Shown piece by piece: positions 42,699-53,903 of a DNA stretch of 64,000 nt (the stretch's first letter is position 1; each line of letters begins with the position of its first letter). Origin of the DNA: an uncultured delta proteobacterium. GTDB taxonomy: Bacteria; Myxococcota_A; Polyangia; Polyangiales; Polyangiaceae. The translations under genes were made by a program, and so were the position numbers. Below the pieces are notes generated by a model. The model saw only the letters and a program-made list of their open reading frames with translations, did not search any database and was not told where the DNA came from. The DNA is taken from contig CAVQUB010000020.1 in NCBI GenBank assembly GCA_963716725.1, positions 128,001-192,000 of the forward strand, read 5' to 3'.

Positions 42699-43231
42699 AG
42701 GCAGTCCCGCGCGGCCGCTGGGAAGGGCCGCTTCACGTCGCGGTCCTGACCACGGGCGGGACCATCGAGAAGACCTACGACGAGACCGACGGGAGTCTGC
42801 GCAACGTGCGCTCGGTGCTGGCCCGGCTGCTCGACGAACTCAGGCTGCCGGACCTCCGAGTCACCCACATACCGGTGATGAACAAAGACTCGCTGGACAT
42901 GACCCCGGCGGACCGAGCTGAAATCCTGGCCAAGGTGCGCGACGCTTCGTCGCAGCAGGATGCCGTGGTGGTGATCCACGGCACCGACACGCTGGCGGTG
43001 ACGGGCGCGCACCTCTACGACAACCTGTCCGAGCTCCCGGTTCCAGTGGTGCTGACCGGCGCGATGCGGCCCTTCGAGTTCAGGGACTCGGACGCACTGC
43101 AGAACGTCACCGAGTCGCTCTTGGCCGCTCGGCTCTTGCCGCCGGGTGTGTACGTGGTGATGCACGGCCGCGCGCTCGCGTTCCCGGGCGTCGAAAAGCA
43201 TCGCGAGCGACGCACCTTCACCCGCGCGTGA
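42695..43231 (+). CDS. Short asparaginase-domain protein
   Basis: TTGGTIEK, KDSLDM, HGTDT, LTGAMRP; N-terminal domain only. Confidence 0.88.
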   Translation: MKAVPRGRWEGPLHVAVLTTGGTIEKTYDETDGSLRNVRSVLARLLDELRLPDLRVTHIPVMNKDSLDMTPADRAEILAKVRDASSQQDAVVVIHGTDTLAVTGAHLYDNLSELPVPVVLTGAMRPFEFRDSDALQNVTESLLAARLLPPGVYVVMHGRALAFPGVEKHRERRTFTRA

Positions 43232-43234
43232 GCG

Positions 43235-45205
43235 TCACTCGGCGGTCTCGGGCGCAGGCGCAGGCGGCACCGCAGGGCTGGGCGGAGCTGCAGACTTGCC
43301 GGCGCTCGGCGGGCCCGTCTCACCTTCAGGGTCTGCAGAGGGCGGCGACTTCGCGACGACTCCCTTGGCGTTCAGGGCGGGCGCAAGGCGTACGGTCACC
43401 GTCTGTTTGTCGCTGTCGAGTGTCACTTTTCGCGACCAGTATCCATCGCGCTTGACCTCGGCCTCGACGGTCTTGCCCTTCTTCACGCGGACTTCCACGG
43501 GCATGGCTCCGAGATCGCGCCCATCGACGTAGACATGCGCGTCGATGGGCGAGAGCACGAGCGCGACGCCGACGTCGTCGGTAGCGGAGGACTCTCGCGG
43601 CTCGATGTGGGTCCCGAAGAGCAACAAACGGGCGGGTTGGAAGGCTTCACCGAGGGTCGCGACCCGCATCGAGAGCGCGAGCCAGACCGTTGCCGCGATG
43701 GCACCGACGAGCGCGAGGCCGAGCACCAATGTCCAGCTCCGGCGTCGGCCCGATTGAGCCCAATCACGCTCGGCGTCGGCAGCCTCGGCGGCACGACGCA
43801 GTTGTTCTTCCACCGGGTCGACCGAGCTCGGCACGGGCGCCACGGACATGCGTCCTGCGTCCGGGATCGAGGCCCGCACCTCGCCAGGAAACGAGTAGCG
43901 CGCGGGGTCGGAGCTGGGGGCTCGCGCGGAGCTGGGACCCGAGCCGAGCGAATCTGGACTCAGCGAAGGCGCGTTGGGGGCCTGGGGAACGAGCAGGGCC
44001 GCGGGCTCCTCGGGCTCCGGGGGTGCAACGCTGATGGGCACGTCGATGTCGACGGCTTCGCCGCGCGCGATGGCCGCCAGCGCCAGCTCGACGTCGCGCA
44101 TCGAAGCGAAGCGCTCCTCCGGTCGCTTCGCCAAGCACTTGAGCACCAGGTTTTCGAAACCCGGGGGCACCTCGAGGGAGGGCGCGGCATCGGAGAAACT
44201 CCGCGGCAACTCGTTCAGGTGCATCGAGAGGATGGTGAGGGGGTTCTCGGCATCGAAGGGCACGCGCCCCACGGACATTTCGTACAAAATGACGCCGAGC
44301 GAGTAGATGTCGGTGCGGTGGTCCACCGGACTGCCGCGACATTGCTCGGGCGACATGTAGTGGGGCGTTCCGAACACGGCACCCGCGCGCGTGAGTTTGT
44401 TGTCGATGCCAATGACTTTTGCGATGCCAAAATCGAGGATCTTGATGAAGTCGGCGCCGCTCTTCTCGATGATGAATACGTTGTCGGGCTTGAGATCGCG
44501 GTGAATGATCTGCGCAGCGTGGGCAGCCGCTAGACCCTCGGCGAGCTGGGCTCCGAGCGCCACGACCGCCGCGACGTCGACGCGACCTCTCGAGATGCGA
44601 GCACCCAGGGTCTCACCCTCCAGATACTCCATCGCAAAATAGGTCGATCCGTCCGGAACCTCTCCAAAGTCGAAGACATCGACGATGTGGTCGTTTCCGA
44701 TGCCCGAAGCCGCCCGGGCCTCGGTCACGAAGCGGTCGAGTACTTCGCTGTTCTTTGCCAGATCGGCGCGCAATATCTTGAGCGCGGCAGGACGATCGAA
44801 GACCTTTCGCTGCGCTTTGTAGACGACACCCATGCCGCCCTCGCCGAGCATCGACTCGACGATGTACCGCCCGTCGATAGTGGTGCCGATGTACTTGTCG
44901 GGCTCACGCAGCGACTGCGGAGCTCCCTGGAGCTCGACACCGCTGGCGGGGGGAACCTCAGCCCTCAGGCGCTCGTGGGTGACCGACGGCCCGAGCGCAG
45001 GGGCGAGCAGCGTCTCTTGCTCTCGTGCAAAGGCTGCGGAAGCCGCGGCGCGGGGAGGCGGCGGCGCCCCCGCGGCGGGCCGGGGCGGTGGGAGCACGCG
45101 AGGAGGCGCGGCAGCCGTGCGGCTCGGCGCTGGCGGGGCGGCAGCGTCGCCACGACGCGGCGGCGGCGGCGGTCCTGGGCGTGGAGGGGGCTGCTTGCCG
45201 GCCAT
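43235..45205 (-). CDS. Ser/Thr protein kinase with TM helix and PEGA-like domain
   Basis: [44 protein letters not shown]...RDGY. Confidence 0.93.
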   Translation of the reverse strand: MAGKQPPPRPGPPPPPRRGDAAAPPAPSRTAAAPPRVLPPPRPAAGAPPPPRAAASAAFAREQETLLAPALGPSVTHERLRAEVPPASGVELQGAPQSLREPDKYIGTTIDGRYIVESMLGEGGMGVVYKAQRKVFDRPAALKILRADLAKNSEVLDRFVTEARAASGIGNDHIVDVFDFGEVPDGSTYFAMEYLEGETLGARISRGRVDVAAVVALGAQLAEGLAAAHAAQIIHRDLKPDNVFIIEKSGADFIKILDFGIAKVIGIDNKLTRAGAVFGTPHYMSPEQCRGSPVDHRTDIYSLGVILYEMSVGRVPFDAENPLTILSMHLNELPRSFSDAAPSLEVPPGFENLVLKCLAKRPEERFASMRDVELALAAIARGEAVDIDVPISVAPPEPEEPAALLVPQAPNAPSLSPDSLGSGPSSARAPSSDPARYSFPGEVRASIPDAGRMSVAPVPSSVDPVEEQLRRAAEAADAERDWAQSGRRRSWTLVLGLALVGAIAATVWLALSMRVATLGEAFQPARLLLFGTHIEPRESSATDDVGVALVLSPIDAHVYVDGRDLGAMPVEVRVKKGKTVEAEVKRDGYWSRKVTLDSDKQTVTVRLAPALNAKGVVAKSPPSADPEGETGPPSAGKSAAPPSPAVPPAPAPETAE

Positions 45206-45329
45206 CGCTCGGTTCGGGCAGAGGGAGCTTCGTAGCTTACCACCTCGACCCCCGAGAGCGCCATCGGCAGGTCCGGGCCACCCGCCCCGGGACAAAGCGC
45301 AGGGAATCGCTCCCCCGGGCGCGCCCCGC

Positions 45330-45851
45330 TCAGGGACAGAAGTCCGGGTCGATCAGCTCGCGGAGGGACAACATGTCCCCGAGCGCTTCGAGCCGACCGA
45401 GGGCGGCCAGCTCGAGCTGCCGGATGCGCTCGCGAGTCAGGTTCAGAATGCCGCCAACGTCTTCGAGCGTGGTTGCGCCTTCACCGGCGACGTCGAGGGC
45501 GCACGAGATCGGCATGTCCCAAACCTCGAGGTCCGGAAAGTTCAGCTTGATAGCGCCGGTGCGCGGCGAGACGTCCAGGTACAGGTGATGACGGCACGAC
45601 ACGTGCGGGCACGGGCGAGGCCCCTCCGCGCAGTCACCACGGGTCTTCGGCCGCAGCTGCTCGACGCTAGCGCGCATCTCGCGGGTCAACGGGGAGTCCG
45701 ACCGCGAGAGCCGCTTCACGCTGAGGGTGCGAGCACGCACCGGGCGTTTGCGGCGCGAGCGGCGACGGTCTCGGGTCTCGCGACCCAACTCGAAGGAGCC
45801 CGGCGCCGCGATGGAATACAGATGGCTCGGGTTCTCGTTGAAGTTCCCCAC
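45330..45851 (-). CDS. Sigma70 region-4-like HTH protein with Cys/His motif
   Basis: [34 protein letters not shown]...SCALD. Confidence 0.85.
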   Translation of the reverse strand: MGNFNENPSHLYSIAAPGSFELGRETRDRRRSRRKRPVRARTLSVKRLSRSDSPLTREMRASVEQLRPKTRGDCAEGPRPCPHVSCRHHLYLDVSPRTGAIKLNFPDLEVWDMPISCALDVAGEGATTLEDVGGILNLTRERIRQLELAALGRLEALGDMLSLRELIDPDFCP

Positions 45852-45994
45852 GACGGCTCCTCCCCAGTCGTGGTCTTGAATGCCCGAACGGAGCGCGAAT
45901 GGAAATAGGGGATCGCACTCGGGGGTCAGAATGGAAGGAGAACGTGGGACATGGATGACATGGACCTACACAGCCGAGTCTCGGCGCGGATCGC

Positions 45995-46756
45995 TCACTC
46001 GATGCGTTCCAGGGCGGCGGGCGGCGTCTCGCGCTCGTCAAGGAGCGAGCGTACGAAGAGCGGCGAGTCAGCGCACAAAACCGACTGCCAACGGCGGGTC
46101 GGATTTGTGACGACGCGCGGCGTGCCGCGCCCGCGAACACGGCGCGCCCCGCGCGGAAAGGGCACGCCGTCGAGCACGAGCCCGGCCGTCAGGGCGAAAT
46201 CGGCGTCGTGCGCTTCGTCGTGTTCGTGCAGGGCGACCTCTGCCCCAGGCGCGAAGTTGAGGCGTGCGATGCTGGCCTCGCGGCAATCGAGGATGACGTC
46301 GACGCTGCCGTATCGGGTCAGCTGCCGCGGAATCACCGCCCAGCTCGCGTCACGCTCGATGCTGAGCGAAGCCACCGCGCCGCCCGGCAGCGCCTGCGGC
46401 TTGACGAGCCGAACGCGTACGGCATGCACGCGAGCCTGGCGCTCCGACGGAAGCGGCTCGGAGAGCAGGTAGCGCGCCAGCGCATGCGCCGCGGTCTCGA
46501 GCAGCCCGAAGCGACAGGTCTGCAGCAAGAATATCAAGCACTGCGCCGTCGCATCGTAGTCCACTGCCTTCGAGAGCTTGCCGGTGGACGCTGCGGGTTC
46601 GGTGTCCACCGTGAGGTCGATGTCGATGCCGAGCGGCTGAGGGCGTCCGCGTTCGCGCGGATACACACCGACCACGCACTCGGTCTGGAGGCCATGAATC
46701 GAGAGGACGTCGCGTGGGGGCACCGGTAGTGCCAGGTTTGTCACGGGCGCGGTCAC
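45995..46756 (-). CDS. folB: Dihydroneopterin aldolase fused to a cupin-like domain
   Basis: VGVYPRER..QPL, VDY, FGLLE, VRLVKPQA; C-terminal ALHEHDEAHD. Confidence 0.75.
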   Translation of the reverse strand: MTAPVTNLALPVPPRDVLSIHGLQTECVVGVYPRERGRPQPLGIDIDLTVDTEPAASTGKLSKAVDYDATAQCLIFLLQTCRFGLLETAAHALARYLLSEPLPSERQARVHAVRVRLVKPQALPGGAVASLSIERDASWAVIPRQLTRYGSVDVILDCREASIARLNFAPGAEVALHEHDEAHDADFALTAGLVLDGVPFPRGARRVRGRGTPRVVTNPTRRWQSVLCADSPLFVRSLLDERETPPAALERIE

Positions 46757-46902
46757 GACGGAAGGGGCCCCTGCGCTCGGCGCTGCGGTCGTTCACAGCC
46801 CCCCGCCCAGGCGGGCGAGGCGCCCCTCCGGGCCGCGCCCAGTTCCGGCCCGATCGGCCCGGGATTTGATCTCCGCGAGCGGCGCGATAAGGTGAGGTGA
46901 AC

Positions 46903-47757
46903 ATGGGCATTGGCGACGTGCGGGCCGTGACCCGAGTTCGGCTCCGGCACCGGGGGCAAGAGCTACTCCTGACGGAGGGCAGCTACCTGCTCGGTCGCGA
47001 CGCCTCCTGTCACATCCTGCTGGACGACGCGAAGGTCTCGAGACGCCACGCGCGGATAAACGTCCGGGGTGAGCAGGTCAGCATCGACGACCTGGGCAGC
47101 ATGAACGGGCTTTACGTGAACGGGGTGCGACTCACGGGGTCGCAGCCCTTGTTCGACGGCGATTGGCTGACGGCGGGCGCCGAGGAGCTCGAAATGGTGA
47201 TTGGAGACGGCGTTGCGCGACGCTCCGCCACCGCGACCCAGGACGAGTTCAGCCCCGTGCCCTCCAGCAGCGCGGCCGAAACGACGAGGCGCATCTCGGA
47301 GCCACCGGACAACGCGGAGACCACTCAGAAGAGCCGCGCATTGGAAATCTTGGCGAGCATCGCGGATCGGGCTCTCGAAATGGGTCGGATCGAGGACGCG
47401 GAGGATCTGCTCAAGACCACCTTGCTCGACATGGCCCAAGAGTCGAGCCTTGGGCACGAGCTCGAGGCAGAGTCCCTGGAGTTCACCGTGCGCTACGCGC
47501 TGCGACTGGCGCACGCAAACGGCAGCGGCCGCTGGTTCGACTTCACGGTCGATCTGCTGAGGGGACAGCGCGCGCCATGCACCGCCAGCGTCGCGTCGGA
47601 TCTCCGAGCGACCATGAAGCGGGTGACCGCCGTCGACGTCGGTCGGCTCAGCGCGTATTCGAGAACTCTCCGCGAGTCCGGCAACGTCACCGCGGCTCAG
47701 TCCGCGACGGTGGTCGACGAGCTGATCCAAGAGGCTTCCCGAAAGCGGGGCGCGTGA
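46903..47757 (+). CDS. FHA-domain protein
   Basis: LGR...VSRRHA...DLGSMNGLYVNG. Confidence 0.9.
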   Translation: MGIGDVRAVTRVRLRHRGQELLLTEGSYLLGRDASCHILLDDAKVSRRHARINVRGEQVSIDDLGSMNGLYVNGVRLTGSQPLFDGDWLTAGAEELEMVIGDGVARRSATATQDEFSPVPSSSAAETTRRISEPPDNAETTQKSRALEILASIADRALEMGRIEDAEDLLKTTLLDMAQESSLGHELEAESLEFTVRYALRLAHANGSGRWFDFTVDLLRGQRAPCTASVASDLRATMKRVTAVDVGRLSAYSRTLRESGNVTAAQSATVVDELIQEASRKRGA

Positions 47758-48698
47758 TGTCCCGACGCCGCTACCTCTCGCCACTGTTGGCCGGCGGGCT
47801 GCTCGGCCTCGCCGTCGCCTGCGCCGCCGAGCCGTCGGACGACACGACGACGTCGTGCTCAGCCGGCGAGCCCATTGAGTGTCCGTCGCCCGAGGGGAAG
47901 ATCTTGGGTTGCTGTCCCGAGTCTCACCCGGTGTGCGCCACCGACGGGAAGGAGTGCTACGAGTGGGGCTCCGTCGGCGGCGGTGGCGGCGCGCCCGGCG
48001 GTGGCGGCGCGCCCGGCGGTGGCGGCGCGCCCGGCGGTGGCGGCGCGCCCAGCGGTGGCGGCGCGCCCGGCGGCGGCGGCGCGCCCGGCGGTGGCGGCGC
48101 GCCCAGCGGTGGCGGCGCGCCCGGCGGTGGCGGCGCGCCCGGCGGTGGCGGCGCGCCCGGCGGTGGCGGCGCGCCCGGTGGTGGCGGCGCGCCCGGCGGT
48201 GGCGGCGCGCCCGGCGGCGGGACCGGCGGGACCGGCGGGACGGGCACCGGCGGCACGGGCACCGGCGGGACCAGCTGCGTAGACGTGGGGTTCGAGCCCA
48301 ACGAAAACGAGAGTGGCGCAACCAATCTCGGGACCATCAACGACTGCGACGGATCGGGCTCGACGGCGTCGGGCAAGCTCAATGGGGCGAGCGACGTCGA
48401 TTACTACTCGTTCTTCGGCAACGACACGGCGGGGTGCGTCGTGGGCCCGGTCGCATCGACCACGGCCAAGGTCCGGCTTTGTCTGTTCGCGGATTGCGCG
48501 GGCGCGAAGGTGAGCTGCTCCTCCGGCACGCCCAATACTTCCCCCGGCGGTCGGCCGGGTTGCTGCGTCACCGCGGGTGGCAAAGTCGATATGTCGCTCG
48601 ACTGCACGGGCTGGACCGACAGCGCAACGATCTACATGCGGGTCGATCAGGGCGCAGCGAACGTGTGCACGAGCTACTCGGTCGACTACCATTACTAG
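47757..48698 (+). CDS. Gly-rich lipoprotein with C-terminal Cys-containing PPC-like domain
   Basis: LAVAC lipobox; GGGGAP repeats; FEPNE...DVDYY...YSVDYHY. Confidence 0.8.
   Translation: MSRRRYLSPLLAGGLLGLAVACAAEPSDDTTTSCSAGEPIECPSPEGKILGCCPESHPVCATDGKECYEWGSVGGGGGAPGGGGAPGGGGAPGGGGAPSGGGAPGGGGAPGGGGAPSGGGAPGGGGAPGGGGAPGGGGAPGGGGAPGGGGAPGGGTGGTGGTGTGGTGTGGTSCVDVGFEPNENESGATNLGTINDCDGSGSTASGKLNGASDVDYYSFFGNDTAGCVVGPVASTTAKVRLCLFADCAGAKVSCSSGTPNTSPGGRPGCCVTAGGKVDMSLDCTGWTDSATIYMRVDQGAANVCTSYSVDYHY
47979..48212. repeat. Coding tandem repeat, ~13 x 18 bp ([G/S]GGGAP)
   Basis: Unit ggcggtggcggcgcgccc, contiguous with no spacers. Confidence 0.93.
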
Positions 48699-48867
48699 GA
48701 CCAATGTCCTGACAATCGCCAGAGGGGCGAGCGGTCAGCGCGAGGAGGTTGACCGCTTGGGGGGCCCACCCCCGTCCGCTGGTCATCGCGCGCATTTGTA
48801 GTGCGACTTCGCGCGCGGAGCCGGCTCCTCATTTGCGGGCAGCCTGCTCTGGGCTCCGCTACTCTCG

Positions 48868-49683
48868 ATGACGACCATGACGGCTCGACCTTCGTCTTGG
48901 CGCACTCCGCTGCGGCTGTCGCTCGCGCTCGCGCTCACTGTCCTTGCGACGGGCTGCATTCTCTTGGTGGATTCGGCCGACGACAGCCTGGGGACGACTT
49001 GCCATTTTCAGGGCGAGTTGACGCAGTGTGGGCAGTGCGTCGCCAAGAGCTGTCAGGCGCAGGTGAACGCCTGCTGCGGCGCAGGCGCCGCCTGCATGGG
49101 GGAAGTGGACGCCTGCGCGAGCGGCAACTGCGCCGCGGTCTCGGTCGGAACTGCGGACTGGAAGAGCTGCGCCGCGGCTCAGTGCGCGTCGCCCTGCGGC
49201 ATCGCCAGCTCGAGCGACGCGGGGGACGGGGGCGGCGGCGAAGCCGGCTCGAGCGATGGCGGCTCGGATGCTCCCATCGAGTCGGCGGGCCCGACCAAGA
49301 CCGCTTGCCAGGTCACCGCCAGCCAATGTTTGTGCAAGCTCGACGCTCCGCCCAACGGCGTCGTCTGCGACTCCTCCGCTGTCATCAACGCACACTGCTG
49401 CGCCGATCTAGCCTGGCCAAGCTCGGGCAGCTGCACCTGCGAGACGATGTCCTGCGAGCTCAACTCGTATGGCTGCGAATGCGGCCTGGTGCAATCCGGC
49501 CCGCGCTTCGACTGCAAGCCGAACGCTTCGCAGCCCAACTGTTGCGCGCCCCACGACACTGGTTCGTGCTTGTGCAACAACAAGATCTGCGAGTCTTGGT
49601 TCGGCGCTCCGGTTCCCGAGTGCACGGCCGCCACTACGCCCTGCCCGACTGGCAAGAAGGCCGTTCAGGGCTGCTCGTTCTAG
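48868..49683 (+). CDS. Cys-rich lipoprotein
   Basis: LATGC lipobox; more than 30 Cys; stop TAG at 49681-49683. Confidence 0.75.
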   Translation: MTTMTARPSSWRTPLRLSLALALTVLATGCILLVDSADDSLGTTCHFQGELTQCGQCVAKSCQAQVNACCGAGAACMGEVDACASGNCAAVSVGTADWKSCAAAQCASPCGIASSSDAGDGGGGEAGSSDGGSDAPIESAGPTKTACQVTASQCLCKLDAPPNGVVCDSSAVINAHCCADLAWPSSGSCTCETMSCELNSYGCECGLVQSGPRFDCKPNASQPNCCAPHDTGSCLCNNKICESWFGAPVPECTAATTPCPTGKKAVQGCSF

Positions 49684-49804
49684 GTTGCGCTCAAGAGCCG
49701 TCGAAAGTTCGACAGCTCTTTCACTTTGTGATCGGGGAGGCACGCGCCTCCCCGCCCCAACGAAGTGAATTCGTTGGGACCTCACCCCAACGCGGGAAGA
49801 CGTG

Positions 49805-49945
49805 GGCGTGAGCCCGAAGTAGTCGAAGTCGACGTTGCCCGTCGGGGTCGTGAGCAGATCGAGCTTGCCGGCGGAGTCGTAGGTCCTGCCCACCAGCAAG
49901 CCATCCGGTCGCGTCGTCTGGGTGAGCTGCTTGTCCACGTTGCTT
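49805..49945 (-). pseudogene. RHS/YD-repeat fragment
   Basis: NVDKQLTQTTRPDGLLVGRTYDSAGKLDLLTTPTGNVDFDY; no start codon context, bounded by the MITE arm and the intron end. Confidence 0.7.
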
Positions 49946-49951
49946 TGTTGC

Positions 49952-50034
49952 GCCGAGTAGGGACCCCCGGTTGCCCGGCGGTTGCCCGGGGGCCCCTCTC
50001 ACAGAACCGGACTTATGGGCCTCACATCCGGCTC
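49952..50034 (-). ncRNA. Group II intron domains V and VI (3' end)
   Basis: Minus strand GAGCCGGATGTGAGGCCCATAAGTCCGGTTC (DV, AGC triad) then TGTGAGAGGGGCCCCCGG...CCGGGGGTCCCTACTCGGC (DVI with bulged A). Confidence 0.85.
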
Positions 50035-50645
50035 TTCGGGACGATGGCGTTGGCGACGGCCGTGTTCTTCACGAGACCTCGTGGCTCGCGAAGCTTGGGG
50101 CGGGTCCTCTTCCATCATCAGCTTACGCCTCAGCTCATCTTCCCTGCCGCACGGGAAGCCGATGTCCCAAATGCGCTCGTGGTTGCCACGCCAGTGAGCG
50201 TGAAGCGCAAAGCGGCCGCGTCGCTCGAAGTACTCGTTGTTGAGCCCCCGAGAAACGGCGCGGACCTTGCTGAGCGCCCACCAGCTCCGTCTTCGTGCAT
50301 GTACATCGACGTGCACGAGTGGAGCCGGCACTCCCATTTGCTTCAATCGGTTCACGATGTGCCGCTTGCGCTTCCACTGCTTCAGCAGAAGAGCGCGCAG
50401 GCGACGGCGGAGATGACCGTCGACACGGTCCATTCGAGGGTGATGCTTCCCGTCGCAGATCGCGAAGTCGCGAAGTAGCCGAGCCAACCGCGGAGATAGA
50501 CGTTCACGCGCTGGATGTACTCGTCGAACGACTGCCCCCGGTTGCGCGGCGTAAGCTCCTTCAGCCGTTGCCGGAGGCGCTCCCAGGACGACTCCGCCAC
50601 CAGGACGCGGACTGGCCCAGACTTCAGCCGATGTAGCGTCAGTCG
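50035..50645 (-). pseudogene. 5'-truncated group II intron-encoded protein (maturase/domain X only, class C-like), frameshifted
   Basis: LKELTPRNRGQSF...VNVYLRGWLGYF, then DGHLRRRLRALLLKQWKR...SWWALS...LNNEYF; RT core (YADD) absent. Confidence 0.85.
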
Positions 50646-50698
50646 GCGCGATGGACATCCGCAGAGCGGAACGCTATCGTCTGCGGAGGGGGCGGGCC

Positions 50699-53600
50699 AT
50701 GAATCGTGCGACTGTCAATTCTCGGTGGTTTTTTCAACTCGCAACGGTGCTTCTCGCGGGCGGGGGGGGGGGGGGGCTGCTCTAGCTCCGACGTGCGCGA
50801 GCCAGAGCGCGTCGTGTCGAGCGCCGACCAGATCTACGGACAGGGAGCCGTTGTAGATCAAACATCTACAAGCGGAACCGACGTAGGCATCGCGGCCAGC
50901 GTCGCGCAGATTTGCACGAGTGTGGACAACACCTGCTGCACGGCCACTTTCGTTTCCAGAACGCAGCTGGTCACTGCCGCGCACTGCATTTGCATCAAAT
51001 CACAGAAGAAGTTTGCGCCTGCGAACTCGTTTACGGTCACGCTCCCCGTTCAGCAGGGCGGCGGGTTTTCATGGGGGCCCAACGCGCCCAACGGCGGCGT
51101 CGTGACCGCTGCGGTGCCTCACCCGGACACGTTGAACACCTGCGCGGAATCTGGCGACGTGCTTGGGCCTCATCATGCGCACGACATCGCTGTCCTAACG
51201 GTGAGCCAACCCGTGCCCAACACCGTCCTCGGGAAGCCCGCGTTTCTTTTCCTCGGTGACATGAATTCCGCCTGGAATTCCAACTTCCTCTCGCACCTCG
51301 GCGGTAAATATGTGGGATTTGGCAACCAGGGTCCCAACAAGAGCTCCCCGAACGACGGGCAGCGGCGGATCGGTCCCGCAAGTGCCGTCAGCCCGTACAA
51401 AGATTTTTGCGACAAGCCGGGGATCTTGGAGGGCACCTGTTACGACGGGTGGATCTGGCGCGGAAGCGACAATGCAAACCTCACCTCGGTGATGGTGAAC
51501 GGCGATTCGGGCGGGCCGTTTTTTCTGAACGACAAGAACGGCGATTACCGGCTCGTAGGGATCCATTCGGGAAGAACGCAGCCGACGCCACTGGCCGCAA
51601 TACCCGACGGCAAGCAACTGCACGCTGTCACTGGTCCTAGCGGAGTCGGCACCGACAATTCCAGTTTCTTGTTCGCCCAGCTCGGTGGGGATCCGGACGG
51701 CGATGGCGTGCCGGACGGCACCGACAATTGTCCGTCCATCAAGTGCCCGAATGATCCAAGCGAGTGCAAGAACGCGGACCAGGCGGACAGTGACAACGAT
51801 GGCATCGGAGACGTCTGCGACAACTGCCCGTCAGTCGCCAACCCGAAGCAGGCGGATGGTGACTCCGACAACGTCGGAGACATCTGCGACCTGTGCCCTG
51901 AATTTGGCGACGAGTTCGCGCAGGGCCCGCAGTTCGACGTCGATGGCGACGGCATCGGAGGAGCGTGCGACGTCTGCAAGGGACAACCCAATCCCCGGAC
52001 AGCCTGCTTGTCGAACTCCAACTGTCCGCAGGCCGGATATTGCATCGCGGACGGACCGCCTGCTGGAATCATTGGCGGGCATTGCAGCCGCCCACGCGAC
52101 ACCGATCTCGATGGGATCCCCGATGGCTGCGACGCGTGCAAGACGGTGGTGAACACCACAGCGAATGCCAACGCTCTGGCCGAAGTGCGCGATCAGCAAC
52201 CCATGTTGAACGACGAATGCGACCCGGTGCCGAACGTTCGCCTGCCGCTCCAGGGCCCCGCACAGCCCGGGCAGATCCCGGATCCGTATCAGTTCCGGGT
52301 CATCAAGGCGGATCGCTGGCTCGGTCAGAATGCCGACGATCCCGCTGTCGGAGGCAACCGCTCCGTGGCGTATCGACATTGCTCGTGCATTGGCCAATCA
52401 GGCAACGACATCAATTTCAACCAATGCGTCAGCCAAGGCGGTCAGTGCGATTGGAACGACCCCGCCAATGGCCCGCTCTGGAGAGTTCCTCGGATCCAGG
52501 GGTTGAATGGAGCCCAGCTCCAGCCAAGCACTGGCAACTTCACGACTCCCCAGTCCTTCGCAGTCGGGCAGTCATCCGAATTCACGAACCGCTGGCCCTG
52601 GCGCGCCGACGTTCTGGCTGGGATCGTCGATGGACGAGGGAACTGCAATGCGCCACCCGGAGGGTCAAGCGACGATTGCCAGACCCATGGTGCGATCGCT
52701 GCCAGTGTGATCGGAGCACCGCTGGGCAGTAGTCGCGACACCCAACACATGGGCTTGCGCGACGTGTTCCGGGAACTGACCACGCCTGGTGTGGTCCCCA
52801 AGCCGCTGGAGGCGATGAGCTTCGATTGCTTCGGCTCAGGATGCTTCACCTGGCTCGATCCGGACGTGCTCATCTCGCCGGCACTGGTCCAGCCCGAGTT
52901 CTCCGTTTTCCTGAATCTCTTCACACAGCCCACGATACTGGCAGTCAAGGCGACCAGCCCCGTAGCGTTGACGGGGCCGAACGTGGCGCTCGACGTGAGC
53001 GCGAACGTACCGGCCAGCGTGGTGGCGATCATCGCAGATCCGACGCTGCTCAAGCTCCACCCCGTGGAGCCCGACCAGCAGATCGCGATCCACCAAGTGC
53101 AGAACGTGCCGCAAATCGTCGCGGTCTCGTCGGAGCTCGGCCCTGGACAGGACGTGGCCTTGATCCTGGCCACGCCAAGCGGACTCTCACCCAGGACGCG
53201 GACCACTCCGCTCTCTGCCACAGCGGCAATCACGTCGCCCGCGCCCCGTACTGGCGCGCAGGCAGTGTACTCCGCAATCGATCGCGCGGTGTATCTGGTC
53301 GGTGGAACCGACAACGGGGAAACCACGGGCGACATCTGGCGATTCGCTACGGAAGACGAAACGTGGACTCCCCTCGCGCTCGGCGCGGCTCAGGTGCCAG
53401 CGTCAGAGCTCCTGAGCGTCGCCTACGACCAGCAACAGAGAATGCTGTACGTACTCGATGTCGACGACGATTCGTTTCCCCCCGACTCGGTGATTGACGT
53501 GGGCGATTCTTCTGGTGGCGGAGCCTCCCCGAAGTGGCCGGGATTCAAAAAGCCGCTCGTCCAGTTGGTCCGACTGGTTCAATTCGATCTACAGGCCGGT

Positions 53601-53903
53601 ACCAGTCGCGTGGTCGCCACCTGGCCCCGTTTGGGCTTGAGCGACGCCACCCACATCGCCGCTCTGGCCGACGGTTCGCTGGCGCTGGTCACGACGAAGT
53701 TCAACGCCTACTTCGTTTTCCGTTTGGTCGTGACAGCCAACGGCGTGGTCGTGCCCGGGGGTGTGATTGCCGGCTCGGGCAAGGTTCTCGCCCAACCGGT
53801 CATGGGAGCTCGAAACCTCACTATCGCCGTCAAGCGCAATGGCAAGCTGGAGTACGTCGAGCTCGCGAAGTTCCACGCCGGCGCGCCATGCATGGCGCTC
53901 TGA
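50699..53903 (+). CDS. Lipoprotein trypsin-like (S1) serine protease with thrombospondin type-3 repeats and C-terminal Kelch-like region; signal peptide out of frame across a G15 tract
   Basis: VTAAHC, HDIAVL, NGDSGGP triad; DxDxDGIGDxCDNCP repeats; VYLVGG..GDIWRF. GGAGG then ATG 50699 MNRATVNSRWFFQLATVLLAG joins GGGGGC only if the tract is G14. Confidence 0.85.

Noticed and set aside
47979..48212. 18-bp repeat array as CRISPR or iterons
   Set aside because: Spacer-less coding Gly/Ala/Pro linker.
48720..48830. Intergenic hairpins as ncRNA or riboswitch
   Set aside because: Weak GC-rich stems, no recognisable family motif and no second copy in the window.
49952..50645. RT fragment plus FGE/CLec-fold genes as a diversity-generating retroelement or retron
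   Set aside because: The fragment is a group II maturase with DV/DVI and no RT core; I found no TR/VR pair differing at adenines.
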